A stretch of 64,000 nt of DNA from Clostridia bacterium (GTDB taxonomy: Bacteria; Bacillota; Clostridia; Christensenellales; CAG-138). The stretch is from NCBI GenBank assembly GCA_017619735.1, contig JAFZRT010000029.1, positions 14,087 to 78,086 on the forward strand, given 5' to 3'. Positions 58,458-64,000 of the stretch are shown here, in pieces. Each line of letters begins with the position of its first letter. Position 1 is the stretch's first letter. Below the pieces are notes generated by a model, which was given only the letters and a program-made list of their open reading frames with translations, searched no databases and had not been told where the DNA came from. The position numbers and the translations under genes are program-made.

Positions 58458-60533
58458 ATGAAGAATTACCAAGCTGACGCTATTCGCAACGTCTGTGTCC
58501 TGGGACACGGCGGCGAAGGCAAGACCACTCTGACCGAGGCTATGCTCTTCAACGCCGGTCTGCTCGACCGTATGGGCCGCGTTGAGGACGGCAGCACCAC
58601 CACCGACTATGACGCGGAAGAGACCAAGCGTCATATCTCCATCAGCACCGCTCTCGCTCCCTTTGAGTGGAAGGACTCCAAGATCAATCTTATCGACGCC
58701 CCCGGCTTCTTCGATTTCTATGGCGAAGTTTACGAAGCTATGGCTCTTGCAGACTCCGCTATCATCCTTTGCAGCGCCGTTTCCGGTCCCGTCGTCGGCA
58801 CCGAAAAGGCCATGACGATGTGCTCCAAGGCCGAAATGCCCCGCATGCTCGTCATCAACCAGATGGATAAGGAAAACGCCAACTTCGACAAGACCATGGA
58901 AGCCATTAAGGAAAAGTTCGGCATCTCCGTCGTTCCCATCCAGCTCCCCATCGTCGAGAAGGGCGCCTTTGTCGGTTACGTCGATCTTATCAACATGACC
59001 GCGAAGATGTTCGACGGCAAGAACGAGAAGGAAGTTCCCGTTCCCGCCGCTCTCCAGTCCCGCGCCGAAGAGCTCCGCGAGTCCCTCATGGAGGCCGCTG
59101 CGGAGACCGACGAAGAACTCATGATGACCTATCTCGACGAGATGGAGCTCAGCCATGACGATCTCGTCAAGGGCATCAACATCGGCGTTCTTTCCGGCAT
59201 GCTCACCCCCGTTTCCTGCTGCTGCGCCGCTCCCAACGTCGGCGTCACCACGCTCATGGACAACATCGTGAAGCTCCTGCCCACCGCCAACATGTGCAAG
59301 GCCCGTCCCGCCGTCAACGCCAAGACCGGCGAACCCGTCGAAGTCAAGATGGGCGGCAAGCTCGCCGCGCAGGTCATCAAGACCGTTGCGGACCCCTTCG
59401 TTGGCAAGATCTCCATTTTCAAGGTCTACTCCGGCTCCATCTCCGCCGCCGTCACTCCTTACAACTCCACTCAGGATAAGACCGAGAAGAGCGGCAACGT
59501 GTTCATCATGCGCGGCAGCAAGACTATCCCCGTCGACGCCGTTGTCGAGGGCGATATCGGCGCCATGGCGAAGCTTCAGTTTACCGCGACCGGCGACACC
59601 CTTACCGATCCCGCCGAGCCCGTCAAGTTCGATCCCATCGACTTCCCCATCCCCTGCATCTCCCTGGCCGTTACCGCCAAGAAGTCCGGCGAAGAGGATA
59701 AGGTCTTTGCGGGTCTCAACAGGCTCACCGAAGAAGATCCCACCATGCGCATCGAGCGCAACGCCGAGACCGGCGACGTCCTCATCTGCGGTCTGGGCGA
59801 AATGCATATCGACGTCATCTGCGCAAAGCTCCGCAACAAGTTCAAGGTTGAAGCGGCTCTCTCCGATCCCCGTATCCCCTACCGTGAGACCATCCGCTCC
59901 ACCGCCTCCGCCGAAGGCAAGCATAAGAAGCAGTCCGGCGGCGCAGGTCAGTTCGGCGTTGTTCAGATCAAGTTCGAGCCGCTGCCCGACGGCGACTTCG
60001 AATTCGTTGATGCCATCGTCGGCGGCGTAGTTCCCAACCAGTTTATCCCCGCCGTTGAAAAGGGCCTTGTCGAGGCCATGAAGAAGGGCGTTCTTGCCGG
60101 CTATCCCATGATCGGCGTCAAGGCCACCCTGTACGACGGCAAGTACCATCCCGTCGACTCCAAGGAAGTTGCCTTCAAGTCCGCTGCGCGTCTTTCCTAT
60201 AAGGCCGCCTGCGCGAAGGCCAGCCCCGTCCTTATCGAGCCGATCTACCGCTATGACATACAGGTCCCCATGGATTACATGGGCGATATCATGGGCGATA
60301 TCAGCCGCCGCCGCGGCCGCCTGATCGGTTCCAATCCTCTCTCCGACGGCCTGACCGAGGTCATCGCCGAGGCGCCCCTTTCCGAGATGTTCAAGTACGC
60401 GACCGACCTCAGGTCCATGACCCAGGGCCGCGGCTCCTTCCGCAGCGAGTTCGTCCGCTATGAGGACGTCCCTGCCAACGTCGCACAGAAGATCATCGAG
60501 AACGCCAAGAAGGAAGAGGACGAAGAAGAGTAA
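58458..60533 (+). CDS. Elongation factor G-family translational GTPase (paralog outside the str operon)
   Basis: 691 aa. G1 GHGGEGKTT, DAPG, NQMD; five-domain EF-G layout; acidic C-terminal tail KKEEDEEE. Not flanked by rpsG/tuf. Confidence 0.85.
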   Translation: MKNYQADAIRNVCVLGHGGEGKTTLTEAMLFNAGLLDRMGRVEDGSTTTDYDAEETKRHISISTALAPFEWKDSKINLIDAPGFFDFYGEVYEAMALADSAIILCSAVSGPVVGTEKAMTMCSKAEMPRMLVINQMDKENANFDKTMEAIKEKFGISVVPIQLPIVEKGAFVGYVDLINMTAKMFDGKNEKEVPVPAALQSRAEELRESLMEAAAETDEELMMTYLDEMELSHDDLVKGINIGVLSGMLTPVSCCCAAPNVGVTTLMDNIVKLLPTANMCKARPAVNAKTGEPVEVKMGGKLAAQVIKTVADPFVGKISIFKVYSGSISAAVTPYNSTQDKTEKSGNVFIMRGSKTIPVDAVVEGDIGAMAKLQFTATGDTLTDPAEPVKFDPIDFPIPCISLAVTAKKSGEEDKVFAGLNRLTEEDPTMRIERNAETGDVLICGLGEMHIDVICAKLRNKFKVEAALSDPRIPYRETIRSTASAEGKHKKQSGGAGQFGVVQIKFEPLPDGDFEFVDAIVGGVVPNQFIPAVEKGLVEAMKKGVLAGYPMIGVKATLYDGKYHPVDSKEVAFKSAARLSYKAACAKASPVLIEPIYRYDIQVPMDYMGDIMGDISRRRGRLIGSNPLSDGLTEVIAEAPLSEMFKYATDLRSMTQGRGSFRSEFVRYEDVPANVAQKIIENAKKEEDEEE

Positions 60534-60549
60534 TCCCAAAGCAACAAAA

Positions 60550-60576
60550 CTGCTCCGGTTTCCCGGAGCAGTTTTT
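60550..60576 (+). terminator. Rho-independent terminator after the EF-G paralog
   Basis: CTGCTCCGG-TTTC-CCGGAGCAG followed by TTTTT. Confidence 0.75.
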
Positions 60577-60599
60577 CTTTGCACTGTATTTGTGATGTC

Positions 60600-61346
60600 T
60601 TATGCCGAAACAAGCTTCAGGAACTTGGCGTCGTTCATCTGCTCGTTCGTTAAGTACTCGCCGTTTCGGAAGAGAGCGTAATTCGTTACCGGAGTTGGCG
60701 CGTTCTGTGCCTCATCCTTTGTCTGCAGCTTTATCGCCTTGAACGGTATCCCTTGCTCTGCCGCGGTCTTTTCGATTATGGGAACGTACTTTGCGTTGAA
60801 CGGGCACTGATCGGTGTAATAGAGCACATACCCTTGTTCGTCGATATGAGGATGCTTTGCGCATTCCATGAAACGCGGCTTTTCGGAGCTTTCGGAGAAC
60901 GGCAGATACCAGAGCTGGATGCCGCAATCGGATTCGTCGCTGACGGAAAAGCCCTTATATTTCAAGTACTTCGGATCGGCGAGGAAAGGTTTTTTCTTGG
61001 CGGAGGAAAGAATGCAGAGGCCCTTCCTCCCCTTCTCCTTGCTGTCTGCAATGCATGCGTTGAGCAGATCATTCGAATAGCCATGCCCTTTGAAGGAGCC
61101 GGAGACCCACAGACAGTCGATGTACGTGTATCCATCGGCTTCTATGGGGATCCATGCGTTCTCGGCGGGTATGTATTCGATAAAGCATTTTCCGCGCTCG
61201 ATGCTCTTCAGGAATACAAGACCTTCGCTGAACCGCTCCAGCATCCAATCCTTTTTCGAAGCGACCTGAACATCCTTGTTGTTGGATATAGCACAGCAGA
61301 TGTGCTCTTTGTCGATGTTTTCCGCGGTTACTCTGATATAGTCCAT
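60600..61346 (-). CDS. GNAT-family N-acetyltransferase with YoaP-like C-terminal domain
   Basis: 248 aa. N-terminal GNAT core (CLWVSGSFKGHGYSNDLL). The C-terminal region with YYTDQCPF...ALFRNGEYLTNE matches what I remember of the YoaP-like domain. Confidence 0.65.
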   Translation of the reverse strand: MDYIRVTAENIDKEHICCAISNNKDVQVASKKDWMLERFSEGLVFLKSIERGKCFIEYIPAENAWIPIEADGYTYIDCLWVSGSFKGHGYSNDLLNACIADSKEKGRKGLCILSSAKKKPFLADPKYLKYKGFSVSDESDCGIQLWYLPFSESSEKPRFMECAKHPHIDEQGYVLYYTDQCPFNAKYVPIIEKTAAEQGIPFKAIKLQTKDEAQNAPTPVTNYALFRNGEYLTNEQMNDAKFLKLVSA

Positions 61347-61448
61347 TTTATTCGTCTCCGTTCCGATATTGCTACCGCCGCCGGGGATGCGCCGTCTGTG
61401 AAGATTATATCAGTATCTGGGCGATAACACAAGATTAGAATGTGAGAA

Positions 61449-61507
61449 GGGATGGATTCGCCCGCCTGCGGGCGGTCCGGGGCCTGCTCTGACCATCCAC
61501 CGGATGG
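61449..61507 (-). repeat. 59-nt GC-rich repeat, copy 1 (truncated version of the structured unit), starting with a tRNA-Tyr 3'-end fragment
   Basis: Identical to 61671..61729 except at 61485 (T vs G) and 61499 (A vs G). It begins with GGGATGGATTCG, the tRNA-Tyr T-arm/acceptor 3' segment. Confidence 0.85.
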
Positions 61508-61609
61508 GGATGGATTCTGAACCCCCGCTTCGCAGTTACTTGTTTGTAATATAAACTGTATGAGCGAAGCTCTGTGAGATTTTCTGCGAAAATCTCGATG
61601 GTTCAGAAT
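61506..61609. repeat. Imperfect inverted repeat built from T-arm-like fragments, enclosing two small perfect hairpins
   Basis: The left arm read on the minus strand is CTGCGAAGCGGGGGTTCAGAATCCATCCCC. The right arm read on the plus strand is CTGCGAAAATCTCGATGGTTCAGAAT (61584..61609). Both carry the variant T-loop TTCAGAAT. Internal hairpins are GAGC-GAA-GCTC and GAGATTTTC-TGC-GAAAATCTC. Confidence 0.6.
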
Positions 61610-61626
61610 ACTTTGTTCCGGCGAAT

Positions 61627-61659
61627 AAAAGATCACGGCGCTGTGCACCGTGATCTTTT
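61627..61659. terminator. Strong bidirectional hairpin terminator
   Basis: AAAAGATCACGG-(9 nt)-CCGTGATCTTTT: a 12-bp stem including the A/T runs. It lies immediately 3' (minus sense) of repeat copy 2. Confidence 0.7.
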
Positions 61660-61661
61660 AT

Positions 61662-61757
61662 TGGTGGACGGGGATGGATTCGCCCGCCTGCGGGCGGTCC
61701 GGGGCCGGCTCTGACCATCCGCCGGATGGTCATTCACTCCCGGCCCTTCGAATCCAT
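61662..61757 (-). ncRNA. Candidate structured small RNA (three-way junction) ending in the tRNA-Tyr 3' tail; contains repeat copy 2
   Basis: Base-checked helices, in plus-strand coordinates:
- P1: 61674..61682 with 61749..61757 (9 bp)
- P2: 61702..61708 with 61740..61746 (7 bp)
- P2b: 61712..61720 with 61724..61732 (9 bp)
- P3: 61681..61686 with 61691..61696 (6 bp, tetraloop)
The 3' tail CCCCGUCCACCA is identical to the tRNA-Tyr end. Terminators bound it on both sides. Not assignable to any RNA family I know. Confidence 0.4.
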
Positions 61758-61774
61758 TACATAACATGACCAAC

Positions 61775-61798
61775 AAAAAAACCGGCATGCGCCGGTCT
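61775..61798 (-). terminator. Rho-independent terminator directly after tRNA-Tyr
   Basis: Minus strand reads AGACCGGC-GCAT-GCCGGT followed by TTTTTTTG. Confidence 0.7.
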
Positions 61799-61804
61799 AT
61801 TTGT

Positions 61805-61889
61805 TGGTGGACGGGGATGGATTCGAACCATCGTAGTCTGTGACAACGGATTTACAGTCCGCTCCCTTTGGCCGCTCGGGAACCCGTCC
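61805..61889 (-). tRNA. tRNA-Tyr (anticodon GTA), type II with long variable arm, CCA encoded
   Basis: The minus strand folds as GGACGGG-TT-CCC-GAGCGGCCAAA-GGG-A-GCGGA-CTGTAAA-TCCGT-TGTCACAGACTAC-GATGG-TTCGAAT-CCATC-CCCGTCC-A-CCA. Cloverleaf checked by hand. Confidence 0.93.
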
Positions 61890-61910
61890 GTATTCGATTG
61901 CAACGATGCT

Positions 61911-61938
61911 ATTATACATGATTTTCGCGGTTTGTCAA
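61911..61938 (-). promoter_or_regulatory. Sigma-A promoter of tRNA-Tyr
   Basis: Minus strand reads TTGACA (61938..61933), 16 nt, TATAAT (61916..61911), about 20 nt upstream of the mature 5' end. Confidence 0.6.
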
Positions 61939-62038
61939 CACACATTTTTCGTCTTTTTTCGATCATGTCATTGCCCGCCGCCCCGCATGGTGTTATACTT
62001 ATCAAGAAGAATGCTTCATTCAATAAGGAGGATTTCAG

Positions 62039-62896
62039 ATGAAAGAACTGTTCGGCGCTGATATCACGACGCTCAGGAAAAACGACGAATTCGACTGCGT
62101 CGGTTACGAAACCAAAAAGATCTCCGATGAGCTCAACGGAAGTATCGAAGCCCTTTCCGACAGCGCAGAAAAGTTAGACGAAGAGACGTCGCTGCCCAAA
62201 GCTCTCCGGATACTTCAATGGGCGGCCGGTATTGGCGTATTGCTGATCGCCAGCGGGATCATCCGCAATATAGGCGATCTTCCGTTCTCGCAAATGTTCG
62301 CCAACGCACCGTGGCTCTTCGTTGTAGCCGGCATACTCGCCGTGGTCTGGGCGGCTCTCTTTATCGCCTCCATCATGAAGAAAAAGAGCGTTGCCGAAAC
62401 GGGTGTGATCGATGATTTCAAACAGGTCGTGGACGAAACGCTTGAAAAAGCCATGGCGGAGCTCAACGTTCCCGATAACGCCGAAAAGATCGACGCGCTT
62501 CTTTACAGGTACAAAACGAAGAACGGCGAAAACAAGATCTTTGATTATTCGCTTATCGGCCATTTCACGAACTCGACCGCTTACGTCTTCGGTCAGAACG
62601 GATGCTTCTGCATATTCGACGGCGGCAGCAGATTCGATATCCCTATGAAGGATCTGAAGCGGATCGAGATCGTAAGAAAGAAGATGTCTCTCATGGGCTG
62701 GAACAAGGACGTGGATTTCAACAAAGAGCCGTACAGGGAATACACCATGCCCAATGAGGACGGTTACGGCAGGATATGGCTCCGCTCGCACTGCAGGCTG
62801 ATATTCGACCTTCAGGGAGAGGAGTTCTGTTTCCGTTTCCCCGAATACGATCTCGGCGCGGTAGAGGCGATCACCGGCTTGAGAGCCGAAGAATGA
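62039..62896 (+). CDS. Hypothetical membrane protein (285 aa, two central TM helices)
   Basis: ATG behind AAGGAGG. TM segments ILQWAAGIGVLLIASGII and WLFVVAGILAVVWAALFIASI. No recognised motif. Confidence 0.5.
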   Translation: MKELFGADITTLRKNDEFDCVGYETKKISDELNGSIEALSDSAEKLDEETSLPKALRILQWAAGIGVLLIASGIIRNIGDLPFSQMFANAPWLFVVAGILAVVWAALFIASIMKKKSVAETGVIDDFKQVVDETLEKAMAELNVPDNAEKIDALLYRYKTKNGENKIFDYSLIGHFTNSTAYVFGQNGCFCIFDGGSRFDIPMKDLKRIEIVRKKMSLMGWNKDVDFNKEPYREYTMPNEDGYGRIWLRSHCRLIFDLQGEEFCFRFPEYDLGAVEAITGLRAEE

Positions 62897-62967
62897 GCCG
62901 CGCTCTTTACACGCCGCGCGCAATGGTTTATTATCAAACTGCAATCGATCGAAAGGAAATATGATCC

Positions 62968-63798
62968 ATGGGCATTATTTTAGGTATCGACGTAGGCGGT
63001 TCTACTACTAAGATCGTCGGTCTCAATCCCGACCGCACTCTTATTTCCACCATGATGGTCAAGGCGTACGATCAGCTGACCTCGCTTTACGGCGCTCTCG
63101 GCAATTTCATGGATACCAACGGCCTTCCGCTTTCCGGCGTCGAACGCATCTATATAACGGGCGTCGGAGGATCATACCTCAGCGGTAATATCTACGGCAT
63201 ACCCACTCACCGCGTGCAGGAGTTCTCCGCTATAGGCAAGGGCGGTCTATGGCTCTCCGGGCTTGATAGCGCAATAGTGATCAGCATGGGAACCGGCACC
63301 GCCTTCGTGAAGGCGGATCTCGCCGCGGATTCCTATAAGCATCTGGGCGGAAGCGGCGTAGGCGGAGGCACTCTCGTCGGCCTCGGCCGCAGACTCACCA
63401 CCGCGGAGGATTTCGACGCGCTCTGCGTGCTCGCGGAAAAGGGCAGTCTCAAAAACGTCGACCTCACCATCGGCGCTATCTCCAAGGAGAGCATTTCGAC
63501 GCTCGGCGCGGACATCACCGCGGCCAACTTTGCGAACCTCAACAGCTACACGACAGAGGCGGATATCGCGTTGGGCCTTATCAATATGGTACTCCAGACG
63601 ATATTCTCTCTCGGCATATTCGCCGCTCGCGGCACCGACTGCCCCGACGGCCCCATAGTGCTCACGGGCTCGCTTACCGACCTCAAGCAGATCGATTCCA
63701 CCATCGAGAGCTTCGGTCTCCTCTACCCCAACAGGTTCATACTGCCGCCCAAGGCTGTTTTCGCTACTGCAATTGGCGCAGCGCTTCACGGCTGCTGA
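62968..63798 (+). CDS. coaW: Type II pantothenate kinase (Fumble/CoaW type)
   Basis: 276 aa. GIDVGGSTTKIV, SMGTGTA, GGSGVGGGTLVGLG, DITAANFA and a C-terminal ATAIGAA follow the order of motifs in staphylococcal-type PanK-II. Confidence 0.7.
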   Translation: MGIILGIDVGGSTTKIVGLNPDRTLISTMMVKAYDQLTSLYGALGNFMDTNGLPLSGVERIYITGVGGSYLSGNIYGIPTHRVQEFSAIGKGGLWLSGLDSAIVISMGTGTAFVKADLAADSYKHLGGSGVGGGTLVGLGRRLTTAEDFDALCVLAEKGSLKNVDLTIGAISKESISTLGADITAANFANLNSYTTEADIALGLINMVLQTIFSLGIFAARGTDCPDGPIVLTGSLTDLKQIDSTIESFGLLYPNRFILPPKAVFATAIGAALHGC

Positions 63799-63889
63799 CA
63801 AAATATTGTGATTATATTTTCACAAATACTGTTTTTTTCAACAAGATGTGGTATAATGTATTAAATAATGCTGACTTCTGGAGCAAATC

Positions 63890-64000
63890 ATGTTCAGGAT
63901 CATTAAATACATTGCCACTGCGATAGTATCCGCAGCCGCGATATACGTAATCGTCAAGACCGCCGGCGCCGCCTACAACGCCGGGATGAACGACTATACC
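63890..64000 (+). CDS. Start of a hypothetical membrane protein (runs off the window)
   Basis: ATG 63890 after GGAG and an extended -10 (TGGTATAAT at about 63850). MFRIIKYIATAIVSAAAIYVIVKTAGAAY is a TM helix. Only 37 codons are visible. Confidence 0.3.
   Translation, partial: MFRIIKYIATAIVSAAAIYVIVKTAGAAYNAGMNDYT

Noticed and set aside
58437-60584. 715-aa minus-strand ORF opposite the EF-G paralog
   Set aside because: The plus-strand frame carries all GTPase motifs. The antisense frame is Gly/Ala/Asp/Leu-rich with no motif.
61449-61729. CRISPR array, suggested by the repeated 59-nt units
   Set aside because: There are only two copies, a 222-nt period, repeats longer than CRISPR repeats, internal tRNA-derived sequence, and no cas genes anywhere in the window.
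61662-61760. Second tRNA gene (tRNA-Tyr copy, tRNA-Sec or tmRNA 3' domain) suggested by the ...CGAATCCATCCCCGTCCACCA end
   Set aside because: Identity to tRNA-Tyr stops after 22 nt. There is no 5' acceptor strand (GGACGGG), no T-stem 5' strand, no anticodon arm, and no tmRNA-like tag ORF or pseudoknot region. It is kept only as an unclassified structured-RNA candidate.

Overview
This window looks like a chromosomal segment of a GC-rich, endospore-forming Clostridia-class Firmicute. The markers are spoIIID, spoVT, PolC, a T-box leader and a dockerin-bearing exoprotein. All calls come from reading the sequence and the ORF track and from recognising motifs; I ran no database search. Most of the window is core housekeeping:
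- clpP-tig
- pdp-queA-tgt-tsaE-tsaB
- uvrB-uvrA
- leuS with a T-box leader
- the conserved pyrH-frr-uppS-cdsA-dxr-rseP-ispG-polC block

The main metabolic feature is a complete oxidative L-ornithine (Stickland-type) degradation operon at 19.4-28.5 kb, ord-ortA-ortB-oraS-oraE-(MutL-like)-orr, with alr and a family-4 udg appended. Accessory content includes two YtrA-type GntR/ABC modules, each with a palindromic operator on a near-consensus promoter; a secreted HExxH protein with Big_2 and dockerin modules; and an E2-like acyltransferase paralog with a substituted catalytic His.

I recognised no rRNA, CRISPR array, cas gene, transposase or prophage genes. There is one tRNA, Tyr-GTA.

The two loci that ordinary annotation does not explain are:
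1. The 0.7-kb non-coding tRNA-Tyr locus (61.35-62.04 kb). The 3' end of the tRNA is reiterated four times, a 59-nt GC-rich unit occurs twice, and one copy folds into a terminator-bounded three-way-junction RNA.
2. A perfect 15-6-15 inverted repeat 36 bp upstream of the start codon of a long XerS/XerH-like tyrosine recombinase (33.9 kb). It lies about 15 kb from a global switch in gene-strand polarity, which suggests a single-recombinase dif-type module near the replication terminus.

Many long ORFs in the track are antisense artefacts of high GC and were rejected.
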